Shown here in pieces: positions 19,095 through 28,276 of a stretch of 64,000 bases of DNA. The number at the start of each line of letters is the position of its first letter. The first letter of the stretch is position 1. The notes beneath the pieces were generated by a model. It was given only the letters and a program-made list of their open reading frames with translations, was not told where the DNA came from and did not search any database. A program made the position numbers and the translations under genes. Source of the DNA: a virus (taxonomy: Duplodnaviria; Heunggongvirae; Uroviricota; Caudoviricetes); the IMG/VR virus record IMGVR_UViG_3300032007_000008, one strand, 5' to 3'.

Positions 19095-19907
19095 ATGGCA
19101 ACAAAACGCAGTGCTTTAACCTACATCGACCAGAGGATTAGGACACGGGAGGATTTGAAAGACTATATATGTCGAACTCTCGGTTGGCCTTTGCAAACGG
19201 TTGAACTTTCTGACGAGCAGCTTGAGGATTGCATAGATGATGCTACCCATCTATGGACGAAATGGGCTACTCTTCCTGAACGCTTTATAACGATGCCTCT
19301 TTCTGCATATGAGAATGGCAACGATGACGAGGGCATAGAAGAAGGATTAGACCTTTCGGACTATCGTGTCGCCTCTGTACGTGGGGTCAATGGACAGGAT
19401 AGCTTTGGAATGTATGGTGGAGATGCCATATGGGGTCTTTCTAACTGCATGCTCGCTACAGGCACATATCCATTCATAGGGCGTTCATTTGGCGGAACGA
19501 ATTTCGAGGGGTTTACAACTATGCAGACCGCTTATGAATTCGTAAGTATGGCGAAGCGTCTTACAGCGAACTATTTCGACTATAGATTCAATCCGGTAAG
19601 TCAAAAGCTGGTTCTTATACCGAATCCAAACACAGATGAGCAATACAAGGATACCATTGTGGCTTTTCAGGTCGAATGCGTTCCAGAAGACGAAGAGCTA
19701 TACGGAAACGACTACGTGAAAAGGCTTGCCGTTGCATATGCAAAGGTTCGTCTCGGAAACATACGCGGAAAGTTCCAGAACGTCACTTTTGCAGGCGGAA
19801 TAACTGTAAATGCAGATATAGGGCGAGAAGGCTTGGATGAGATAAAAGACCTCGTTGCAAAGATAAAGGGAGAAGAGTCCGCAACCACAGGATTCTTTTA
19901 CGCATAA
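19095..19907 (+). CDS. neck protein (T4 gp13-like)
   Basis: REDLKDYICRTLGWP...VELSDEQLEDCIDDA; C-terminal KFQNVTFAGGITVN. Confidence 0.85.
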   Translation: MATKRSALTYIDQRIRTREDLKDYICRTLGWPLQTVELSDEQLEDCIDDATHLWTKWATLPERFITMPLSAYENGNDDEGIEEGLDLSDYRVASVRGVNGQDSFGMYGGDAIWGLSNCMLATGTYPFIGRSFGGTNFEGFTTMQTAYEFVSMAKRLTANYFDYRFNPVSQKLVLIPNPNTDEQYKDTIVAFQVECVPEDEELYGNDYVKRLAVAYAKVRLGNIRGKFQNVTFAGGITVNADIGREGLDEIKDLVAKIKGEESATTGFFYA

Positions 19908-19918
19908 GGGAATACCAA

Positions 19919-20488
19919 ATGACAGCTGATGAAAAGATGCTTTATCAGGAGTTTCCTGCAACAAAGAACAAATGGTATGCTGACATACCATTGAGTCTGA
20001 TATCGCATGATTTCAAGGATGTCACGTTAAAATTGCAGGATTTCCACATACCCAGAATACAGGTGTCCCAAGATACAATAAAATTCAGAGGTGTTGATGT
20101 ATACGCACCAACCCGTGTATTCAATCCAAACAACAAGTTCATAACCTTCAAATACCTCATAGACGCAAGATGGGAGTCGTATCTCGCGCTATATCAGTGG
20201 GCAAACTGTTATACGTCGATAGACAATCCAACTCCACAGGATTCAGTTAGGCAGAATGATAGGGAAGATGCCTTTTGGACAATACCTATTAGGGTATATC
20301 TTCTTGACGAAATGAAGAAGACGACTATAAACATAGTCTATTACGGCTGCATGTTGAAGGAGTTTGGCGAGTTTAACCTATCGTACATAACCGAACCTGA
20401 TATAGTTCCACACGACTTTCAGGTATCTTATACCAGACTTGAAATAGCTAGGCAGAATCCGCTGGAACGTATTCCAAGCTCAAAATAA
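19919..20488 (+). CDS. tail completion / tube terminator (T4 gp3-like)
   Basis: ITFKYLIDARWESYLALYQW pattern and size match gp3-like tube-fold proteins. Confidence 0.65.
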   Translation: MTADEKMLYQEFPATKNKWYADIPLSLISHDFKDVTLKLQDFHIPRIQVSQDTIKFRGVDVYAPTRVFNPNNKFITFKYLIDARWESYLALYQWANCYTSIDNPTPQDSVRQNDREDAFWTIPIRVYLLDEMKKTTINIVYYGCMLKEFGEFNLSYITEPDIVPHDFQVSYTRLEIARQNPLERIPSSK

Positions 20489-20491
20489 ACA

Positions 20492-20499
20492 CTAAATAG
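20492..20499 (+). promoter_or_regulatory. putative late promoter CTAAATAG
   Basis: ACACTA-AA-TAGTGT. Confidence 0.7.
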
Positions 20500-20525
20500 T
20501 GTCAACATAGATTATTTTTAACTGT

Positions 20526-21983
20526 ATGTTGCAGCCAATCGACATAAAATCAAGCTATCGGGTCTCCGTATATGCCATAAACGAAGGAAAAATGGTAAAC
20601 GAGGATATCGGTGACTGGTTGATAAAGAAAGTCAGGGATGCGAGAACCAACATAGTGACAGACCTTGACGACAGCCAATTTCTCAATGTTCGCAAAAATG
20701 CATTCAAGCAGATAATGCGTGGACAATACCACAAGGCGTTGGGAAAAATGGAAAGGTACAACATAAAGTACAATTCGGCTTCTCCAAACGGAATAAAAAT
20801 ATTCGGGCATCGTTTTGAAAAGCTTCCATTTGTTCTCGGAGCTATAGGGTATACGATTTACAATAGAAACTATAAACGCATACCGGAAATATGTGAAGCC
20901 ATATCGACGATACTTTCAGAAGTCTTCGGAAATTCAATTGACGTGTGCCTTAAGATGAAATCCGCAGAAACTCCAAGATATAATGACCTTCTGTCGTTTT
21001 GTCTAAGTTGGGGCGCAAAGCGTGAGCCAAACTGGAAATCATATCGAGAGGATGACGATACAAGTGTTATGGAACTTGTAAAGTCTTTGGTTGGAATGGG
21101 ATGGAATCCCGGAAACATACTGCAATCGTCGCCTGGATTTCTTCATTACATAATGAAAAGTGATTTTGTTGAAACGGCAAAGTATCTTTCCGAAAACAAG
21201 ATGGTTGGTTTAAGTTCGTTTATGGTAAAGCAGTTTGGGCTAAATCCAAAGTCGAGGATGGCGAAATATCTGAACGACAGCGGAGAACATCCATTTAGAC
21301 TCCACGAGCCTGATGTAGTGCTTGACAGACATGGACGAATAGCAAGCGATACGGATGGTATGTTCGCTGCAAAAATGAGTTCACTCGGTTATATGATTGC
21401 TCAAAGAAACGAGCAGCCAATACTGTACAGCACATTGATGGCACTACAAGATGAACTCGCCATAATAATACAGAGATATACAAAACAGAACCACGAAAAG
21501 ATTTCGAATCCTACGCAGATAAACATATTCAAGGGTTCAAATTTTGATTATGCCAAGACCGAATGCAAGAAGCTCGTGGCTGAATATAATAAAGCAGTTG
21601 GTGATGCGTCATGGGCTTCGAAAGCTGATGCCGAAAAGCAGAAGCAGCTTTCTGCAATAGCCCAAAAACTAACGCAAATATTGATAACACTACAGAAATC
21701 GGTAAATCCTGTTTTGAAGGTTATTGGTCTTCCTCCGATATCAATCAAATTCAACACGGATATATCGAGAGGCATAGACTCTTCAAATATAATCGAAGTT
21801 ATGAAAGAACTTGGAGGCAGGGACCCAGCTGCGGCAACTGCACCGGCCTCGGCAGCAGCACCTTCTGGAGCAACAACGGCATCTCCAGCTCCATCGGCAG
21901 CTCCTGCGTCACCGGCGCCTGCGGCACCTGCTCCAACCCCAACAGCCACGACTGCGACGCCAGCACCGTCAGCAACAACATAA
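20526..21983 (+). CDS. hypothetical protein with Ala/Pro/Thr-rich tail, possible virion protein
   Basis: 485-aa ORF behind a late promoter. Confidence 0.6.
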   Translation: MLQPIDIKSSYRVSVYAINEGKMVNEDIGDWLIKKVRDARTNIVTDLDDSQFLNVRKNAFKQIMRGQYHKALGKMERYNIKYNSASPNGIKIFGHRFEKLPFVLGAIGYTIYNRNYKRIPEICEAISTILSEVFGNSIDVCLKMKSAETPRYNDLLSFCLSWGAKREPNWKSYREDDDTSVMELVKSLVGMGWNPGNILQSSPGFLHYIMKSDFVETAKYLSENKMVGLSSFMVKQFGLNPKSRMAKYLNDSGEHPFRLHEPDVVLDRHGRIASDTDGMFAAKMSSLGYMIAQRNEQPILYSTLMALQDELAIIIQRYTKQNHEKISNPTQINIFKGSNFDYAKTECKKLVAEYNKAVGDASWASKADAEKQKQLSAIAQKLTQILITLQKSVNPVLKVIGLPPISIKFNTDISRGIDSSNIIEVMKELGGRDPAAATAPASAAAPSGATTASPAPSAAPASPAPAAPAPTPTATTATPAPSATT

Positions 21984-22052
21984 CAATATTTTCATATTGC
22001 GAATTTTTTGATAATGTGATATTATATACGCAAACAAAGGTATATAATAGAC

Positions 22053-22949
22053 ATGTTTGAAACAGTAGCTTGTGTTGACACATCGTATGTGACATATCAT
22101 ATTTTGTTTTCCGCAGTAAACAAGTGGAAATCGGAATCGCCGAATTCGGATGTTTTGGATGTTGACAAAGACGCAGATGATTTTGAGCAGGTTGACATAA
22201 CAGTATATCCAGATTTCATGGATGTTCTAAAAAATAAAATTTTTGATACATTGTGCAACATAAAGACAATGGTGTCGGATTTCAATTCAACCTATGGAAA
22301 CAAGCTTAAAGGACCGATACTGTTCGTCATGGACCCGCCTCAGGACGCGAAGTTGAAGTCGTGGAGATATTTGATATACAAAGATTACAAAGGACAGCGT
22401 TCTGCGTCAAGGGCTGCGCATCCGTTCCATGTCAGGAAGGTGTTCAACGAGGTTATTAGGATTTTATTGGAGACTGAACGATATCGTTCACAATTTGATA
22501 TTGATTTCGTGTATGCCGACGGTTGTGAGGCCGATGACATAATAGCAGTATATCTAAGCGACGATTCTGTTGCAGATTGTAAAAAACTGCTTATAGCCAA
22601 TGACAAGGACTATCTACAGCTTGAAAACGTGACGCAGCTTACTCTTGAGAGAAAAGAGGTCGAGATAGAGCAGCCATATCCAAACCTCATTACGGTAACT
22701 CCGCAAACATATCTTTTGGCGAAGATAATAACTGGAGACAAGTCAGACAACATACCACAGGTGTTTCCTATGGTAGCATACAAAAAGGCCGTAAAAAACT
22801 ACGTTGCAAACCTGAAGAATCTTACAGAAAGCCTTGATTCTGATGCTGTTGCAAAAGACAAGTTTATGAAAAACACTCAGTTGATAGACTTTAAGAGGAT
22901 TCCGAAGTCCATAAGGAAAATAGCTCGTGAAGTACTTGGACTGCAATAA
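22053..22949 (+). CDS. RNase H / 5'-3' exonuclease (T4 rnh-like)
   Basis: VDTSY, SWR...DYKGQR, EADDII, NDKDYLQL, GDKSDNIP, LIDF. Confidence 0.9.
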   Translation: MFETVACVDTSYVTYHILFSAVNKWKSESPNSDVLDVDKDADDFEQVDITVYPDFMDVLKNKIFDTLCNIKTMVSDFNSTYGNKLKGPILFVMDPPQDAKLKSWRYLIYKDYKGQRSASRAAHPFHVRKVFNEVIRILLETERYRSQFDIDFVYADGCEADDIIAVYLSDDSVADCKKLLIANDKDYLQLENVTQLTLERKEVEIEQPYPNLITVTPQTYLLAKIITGDKSDNIPQVFPMVAYKKAVKNYVANLKNLTESLDSDAVAKDKFMKNTQLIDFKRIPKSIRKIAREVLGLQ

Positions 22950-22953
22950 ACTT

Positions 22954-22980
22954 AAAGACCGAGGAAATCCTCGGTCTTTT
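22954..22980. terminator. bidirectional terminator
   Basis: AAAGACCGAGG-aaat-CCTCGGTCTTTT between convergent genes. Confidence 0.8.
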
Positions 22981-22984
22981 GTCG

Positions 22985-23407
22985 TTATTTTTTGGAAGTG
23001 TTTTTCTTTCTAGTTTTTTCGAGCGATGCAGCTTCTTTCTTTCTCGCTTTGTCTTCCTTATCATAGCGTATTGTGCTGTTTTTGTTCTTTGCGCGAATTG
23101 CTCGATTTTTCTCAATCAGAAGTTCAAGAGCCTTGTCATAGGTCTTTTTTATCGAAATCGTCTTGGAGTCGTTTCTTTTTGCCGCATCCTTTGCAGCCTC
23201 TATGAATTCTTTTATCGCGCCTACAGAATCCTTTGGAACTCTTATACTCTTCTTTTCCCCAAGAATAGATGACTGCCACAAATAGTAGAATTTTGACTTC
23301 TTTCCGTTTGCAGTCGTATATCTCTGCTTGCTAAGTGTGCCAGGATGGGCAGGGTCCAGCATGATATACTTTTTTATTCTTGGAATTTTGGATAGTTCTT
23401 TTTCCAT
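22985..23407 (-). CDS. small basic protein, possibly nucleic-acid binding
   Basis: 140 aa, Lys-rich; CTAAATAG at 23432-23439 on the minus strand. Confidence 0.6.
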   Translation of the reverse strand: MEKELSKIPRIKKYIMLDPAHPGTLSKQRYTTANGKKSKFYYLWQSSILGEKKSIRVPKDSVGAIKEFIEAAKDAAKRNDSKTISIKKTYDKALELLIEKNRAIRAKNKNSTIRYDKEDKARKKEAASLEKTRKKNTSKK

Positions 23408-23512
23408 TATATGCCATCAAAATGTTTGATACTATTTAGTCTAAGAAAAAACTATTTACAAAAACTCAAAAGTGTAGTATACTATTGGTCGTTTGAAGAG
23501 GAATAACATACA

Positions 23513-25054
23513 ATGACAACCAACTGGAGCGATTTTTCAGTCAAATTATTGAAATTCGTTGGCGATTATGAAAATTACAAACGTTTCAACGGAAACCTTG
23601 AGCCTATTCTAAAAGAACTTGAGAAAAAATATGATTTGAACATTCTGGACATAAAGAATGGACGCGAGAATGCTCAGAGACTGTTCAAGATTCTGATGCT
23701 TATGCTTGGGGTCAAAATCTCCTTTTCACAGAATGGAAGTGTTTGCAAGACATTTTTAACCAATAACGAGCATTCGAGGTGCGTCTCTTCTGTAAAATCT
23801 ATACTGGAGTACATAAGCAAGAGATACCTGAGAAGAGCGGCAATAAGCCTAAACGCATCCGATAGTGAAAACAGCATCAAGTCTCTGCTAAAAAACGGAA
23901 CATATACGGACTATCTCATGGAGTTTATCTCTGAAAAACAGCTGGATTCACATTCGACGGAGAATCCTATTGGAAAATTTATGAAAAAGACAGTAAAAAA
24001 CAGCGCAAAGAAATCAGAATCATCCGATGCAAAGAAAAACGGTTCGGAAAACCTAGACATGATTTCCGCACTAAAAGTCGAAAACCAGAAGCTTCGCAAA
24101 CAGCTCGAAAAGACTCGTGTTTCCGGTGGAGACGAGCAGCTTCTGTTCGAACGAATAGAGGAGTCGATAAAAGACGTTCTGCCTGAGCTTAAGTTCGTAA
24201 ACGAGAAATGGACTGGAAATTCTTCGTTCAAGAAGAACGAACACGGAACCGCAGTTCTGCATATTTCCGATTGGCATATCGGTTCGAAGGAGAACGTGAA
24301 CGGATTCAATAACTTCAACTACGAAATAGCTTGCGAGAGAGTAAAGACCCTTGCGAACAAGTACATAGGGTGGACAAAGATGCACCGAGCCATGTACGAT
24401 ATCGATGAACTCGTAATCATAGCTACAGGCGACATGATTTCCGGCGACATCCATGAAGAGCTTCTTCGCACGAATGAGTTTTCGGTGCCTGAACAGTGCG
24501 TAAAAGCGGCAACACTCATAGCGAAGCTGACAAATAGCCTTTCTCCTCTATTCAAGAAGGTTCGAGTTGAATATATCGTTGCCGATAATCACTCACGGAC
24601 GACCAAGAAGATACAGTTCGGAGATGGAAAGAACTCTTACAACTATCTAGTTGGGTACATGTCCAAGATTCTTCTCAGCAATGTCAAGAACGTCGAATTC
24701 AACCTGTATCCTGAGATTCAGAAGGTTATTCAGGTAGAAAAGCTCCGCTATCTCATTACCCATGGAAACTGCGTTCGCGGAGGATTTGCGGGCATTCCGT
24801 TCTATTCAATGCAGAGAAAGGTCGGAGCCGAAGCCGCAGTCAGAATGAACATGGGCGATAGCTATCATTTTGACAAGATTGTAATGGGACACTACCACGT
24901 TCCGCTTCGTTCGTTGCAATATGAAATGACAGGATGCCTCTCATCAACTACCGCTTTTGACCAGTCGGCAGGCCGCCACTGCCGAGCCTGTCAGACAGGA
25001 TGGATTGTGTCGAAGGATAACGAAATAGACTACTACGAACTCTGGCTGTCCTGA
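23513..25054 (+). CDS. calcineurin-like metallophosphoesterase
   Basis: ISDWHIG, TGDMISG, DNH, THG, MGHYH. Confidence 0.85.
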   Translation: MTTNWSDFSVKLLKFVGDYENYKRFNGNLEPILKELEKKYDLNILDIKNGRENAQRLFKILMLMLGVKISFSQNGSVCKTFLTNNEHSRCVSSVKSILEYISKRYLRRAAISLNASDSENSIKSLLKNGTYTDYLMEFISEKQLDSHSTENPIGKFMKKTVKNSAKKSESSDAKKNGSENLDMISALKVENQKLRKQLEKTRVSGGDEQLLFERIEESIKDVLPELKFVNEKWTGNSSFKKNEHGTAVLHISDWHIGSKENVNGFNNFNYEIACERVKTLANKYIGWTKMHRAMYDIDELVIIATGDMISGDIHEELLRTNEFSVPEQCVKAATLIAKLTNSLSPLFKKVRVEYIVADNHSRTTKKIQFGDGKNSYNYLVGYMSKILLSNVKNVEFNLYPEIQKVIQVEKLRYLITHGNCVRGGFAGIPFYSMQRKVGAEAAVRMNMGDSYHFDKIVMGHYHVPLRSLQYEMTGCLSSTTAFDQSAGRHCRACQTGWIVSKDNEIDYYELWLS

Positions 25055-26991
25055 TGAACGTCTACGACTCGAATCCAGTACGTCACTACGACCTAAGCAA
25101 CGTAGGCCACGGATATCGCAACGCATGTTGGATTCCTCCGTCAAACTTCGGCGGGAAGACAGGCGTTGGAAAGATTAAGCTTTTTGGCTACGACAAGGAG
25201 GGAAACGAAGCGGAATTCGTCTTTCCCTTCTATCCATCCGTGAAATACGAGGTCAAGCAGCACACGTCTGAAAAAGACCTTTATGGAAAAAACATTGCGA
25301 CGAAATGGTTCGACGACACACAGGCAAGACGCGCATGGTGCGAAGCCATGGAGGGGAAAGCCAAGATAATTTCATGCTATCCCCCAGAGCAGGAATTTCT
25401 TTTGGGTCTGTTTAGGAAATACGTATTTGACGACACTTTCAATCATCAGAAGATAAGAACCCATTATATAGATATCGAAGTTGCCATAGAGAACGAGTTT
25501 CCAGAGCCTGAGGTTGCGAAATATCCAATTAACCTCATAACAGTATGCGATTCAAGAGACAGGAAATTCTATTCTTGGGCATTGGGAGACGTAAAGAACA
25601 CGATAACCGATTTCGAGGTCGAGCTTAGGGCCTTTGATTCGGAAAGTGAGCTTCTTACAGACTATTTGAAATGGCATACCGAGAACTATCCGTCGATATT
25701 CGCTGGATGGAATACGAAGTTTTTCGATATAACCTATATCGTAAAGCGCATGGAAAACGTTCTTGGAAAGGAAAATTCCAGGAGATTTTCCCCTATAGGA
25801 AAATATTCCATGCGCGAGGACAAGAAGCAGTACGGAAAAAAGTTTATTTCTGTTAAGGGCATATCGAATCTCGACATGCTGTTTCTGTATCGTGACAAGT
25901 TTAACATAAAGGCGTCTCTTGACGGTGGATACAATCTTGACAATGTTGCCAACGAGGAGATTGACGATGCTAAGATTCACTATGACGGCTCGATGCTCGA
26001 TTTCTACAAGCAGGATTTCCAGAGGTTCTGGGAGTATAACGTTCAAGACGTTAACCTTGTGGTGAAGCTTGACGAAAAGCTTAAACTAACATCAATTGCG
26101 AGAAAGATAACATCCTTCGGTTGTTCTCAGCTAGAATCCATATATACGACAATTTCGTATATCATAGCGTCGCTAGACATATATTCGAGAAACAACAGAA
26201 ATAAGGTTTTTCTGTCATATGCTTCCTCAGACAGTAGAGGAAAGGACGTGGAACAGTACGAAGGCGCGTTCGTATTTCCAACGTATGCGGGACTTTATAC
26301 TCAGGGCGTAATGTGCGCTGATGTGAACTCGCTTTATCCGAACACCGCCAGAAGCCTGAACCTATCGCCTGAGACAATGCTTGGAACCGTTGAAAAAGTT
26401 GTTCACGTTTCAGAAGGCACTAACGATGAATACTATACGTATGCGATAAATTTCGTAAACGGGCAGTTCAAGGAACTTTCGCAGGAAGAATTCGACAATC
26501 TTCTCGCCACCACGTGCATACTGTCGAGAAACAACGTTCTTTTCGTAAAACATGAAATAAAGCGCGGAATTTTTTCGGATTGGTGCGGAAACTTCTTCGC
26601 CATGAGAAAAGGATACAAGAAGAGAAAGGCCGAGGCCGAGGAGAAGCTTGATAAGCTAAAGCGTGAAAACTGCCAGGACGCAGAGCTTATACGGAAGCTT
26701 GAGATGGAAGTAGAACTTAACGAGACGACCCAATACGCACTTAAAATCATGATTAACTCTGCGTATGGAACGCTTGGCACGACTTTCAGCCCGATATACG
26801 ACACACGTCTTGCAGAGGCAATAACCCTTGGCGGACAGTTCTGCAACCGTTCAACCTCTATGTTCTTAAACAAGTATTTTCATGAGCATTACGGAACAGA
26901 CGAAAAGTTCAACATAACCATATCTGGAGATACAGACAGCGTTACGGAAGACATGGAACTACAGCTTAGAGTGTCGGACGACATCGTATAA
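25054..26991 (+). CDS. family B DNA polymerase, N-terminal fragment (exonuclease, palm motifs A/B, up to GDTD)
   Basis: DIEV, GWNTKFFDITY, YNVQDV, DVNSLYP, KIMINSAYG, ITLGGQ, SGDTDS, then stop; thumb/KKRY region absent. Confidence 0.92.
   Translation: MNVYDSNPVRHYDLSNVGHGYRNACWIPPSNFGGKTGVGKIKLFGYDKEGNEAEFVFPFYPSVKYEVKQHTSEKDLYGKNIATKWFDDTQARRAWCEAMEGKAKIISCYPPEQEFLLGLFRKYVFDDTFNHQKIRTHYIDIEVAIENEFPEPEVAKYPINLITVCDSRDRKFYSWALGDVKNTITDFEVELRAFDSESELLTDYLKWHTENYPSIFAGWNTKFFDITYIVKRMENVLGKENSRRFSPIGKYSMREDKKQYGKKFISVKGISNLDMLFLYRDKFNIKASLDGGYNLDNVANEEIDDAKIHYDGSMLDFYKQDFQRFWEYNVQDVNLVVKLDEKLKLTSIARKITSFGCSQLESIYTTISYIIASLDIYSRNNRNKVFLSYASSDSRGKDVEQYEGAFVFPTYAGLYTQGVMCADVNSLYPNTARSLNLSPETMLGTVEKVVHVSEGTNDEYYTYAINFVNGQFKELSQEEFDNLLATTCILSRNNVLFVKHEIKRGIFSDWCGNFFAMRKGYKKRKAEAEEKLDKLKRENCQDAELIRKLEMEVELNETTQYALKIMINSAYGTLGTTFSPIYDTRLAEAITLGGQFCNRSTSMFLNKYFHEHYGTDEKFNITISGDTDSVTEDMELQLRVSDDIV
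26938..26988 (+). mobile_element. putative 17-aa split-intein N fragment (SVTEDMELQLRVSDDIV)
   Basis: Follows GDTD at the known pol-c intein site; resembles intein block A (S/C-h-x-x-D-x-x-h). Confidence 0.65.
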
Positions 26992-27012
26992 TTTACCAAA
27001 GGATAAAAATCC

Positions 27013-27849
27013 ATGAAAAAGACAAACAAGAACACCAAGACTGCGGTGAAGAAGTCAGTCAAGAAATCTGCTGCGAAGGCAAAGACCTCCGTAACGGCAA
27101 CGAAGAAGTCAACAGCCAAGAAAACTACGGCCAAGACTACCGCTAAGAAGCCTGTTCGCAAGCCAACTGCGAAGAAGGCCGATGCCGCTAAATCTCCTGC
27201 ATATGTTGCGGAGATGGTAGAGGCTCCAAAGTCGGAGAGCATAGGAAACGTAATGGCTCGCGGAATGCGCAGATATGCGTCCAAGTTCGCGTCAATCGCC
27301 ATAATCGCAATTATGGCTGCGTCAATTCTCATGACCGGATGCAAGAGCATTCCAACGGTGGAGAAGATGACGACCACGGCAAAGTCTGTGGGTGTTGCGG
27401 CTGCTGCCGTCTGCAACGTTAGCGGACTTGACTCCGCGTCAAAGTCCGCAATCATCAACATCATGGATTGTGTTGACGACATAGTTCCGACGAATTCGCA
27501 GAAGTTCGTGGATGCGTGGATGCCGATAGTGAAGGTCGAGGTCAAAAAGCTTGTTGATGCAGGCAAGATTGACGATGGAAAGGGAACTATCATAATTGCC
27601 GCCGTTAATGTGGCATGCAAGGGCGTTGACTACATATTCGACGTGAAGTATCCAAAGGCGAGGGAGTATGAAGAGCTTGTCTCTGCGGCGGTACACGGGT
27701 TCAATGATGGATTCCTTGCGACGATAAATCCGAATATGAAGCTTTCGGCACCTGCCTCTGTTGAGATGGATGAGGATGCATACAAGTACCTGAAGTCTGT
27801 ACAGTATCCAAAGCCAGTCGAGCAGAAGTACCTGAAGGCCGTCAAGTAA
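27013..27849 (+). CDS. Lys/Ala-rich histone-H1-like N-terminus joined to a lipoprotein-like domain
   Basis: KKSAAKAKT..KKSTAKKTTAKTTAKKP repeats; hydrophobic FASIAIIAIMAASILMTGC. Confidence 0.6.
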   Translation: MKKTNKNTKTAVKKSVKKSAAKAKTSVTATKKSTAKKTTAKTTAKKPVRKPTAKKADAAKSPAYVAEMVEAPKSESIGNVMARGMRRYASKFASIAIIAIMAASILMTGCKSIPTVEKMTTTAKSVGVAAAAVCNVSGLDSASKSAIINIMDCVDDIVPTNSQKFVDAWMPIVKVEVKKLVDAGKIDDGKGTIIIAAVNVACKGVDYIFDVKYPKAREYEELVSAAVHGFNDGFLATINPNMKLSAPASVEMDEDAYKYLKSVQYPKPVEQKYLKAVK

Positions 27850-27928
27850 AGATATGGCGATATAACCGGTGTTGAATTACACCGCAAGACGGACAGCCGC
27901 AAAAAGCGGCTGTCCGTATAATTTATGT

Positions 27929-28273
27929 ATGAGCATTGTTCCACTTACAGGCTACTGCATAGGAAAGCCTACGACTAAATTGACAAGCATAGAGGCCGAA
28001 TCTGCAAATGCAATGGGTTTGCATGGGTTCACCGTCGTGGATTCGAAGGCCGGTAGAAACGACTCTCTTTCTGGAAAAACCCGTGTAAGGAAATTCGAGA
28101 TTCTGTCGATGTACGATGATGCAGATGAATCTTTGAAATCGTATGTCGGAAAGAACGTCTATTGCGTATGTTTCGAAAATGAAAACGAGAACAACATAAT
28201 AGTTGACAGAACCAATGGGGACAAGCTATGGATTCTGCCGGTCGTGAACATGCTAGGATATGACAAGGAATAA
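27929..28273 (+). CDS. hypothetical protein, possibly a divergent GroES-like co-chaperonin
   Basis: About 114 aa, begins IVPLTGYCIGK, ends V.NMLG, directly upstream of groEL. Confidence 0.35.
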   Translation: MSIVPLTGYCIGKPTTKLTSIEAESANAMGLHGFTVVDSKAGRNDSLSGKTRVRKFEILSMYDDADESLKSYVGKNVYCVCFENENENNIIVDRTNGDKLWILPVVNMLGYDKE

Positions 28274-28276
28274 CTT

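Noticed and set aside
26889-27620. 243-aa minus-strand ORF and similar long antisense ORFs
   Set aside because: Antisense shadows of plus-strand genes with low-complexity or biased codons.
27889-27917. Intrinsic terminator call for the 12-bp hairpin before 27929
   Set aside because: Perfect stem but no U-tract, and it overlaps a TATAAT; function left unassigned.
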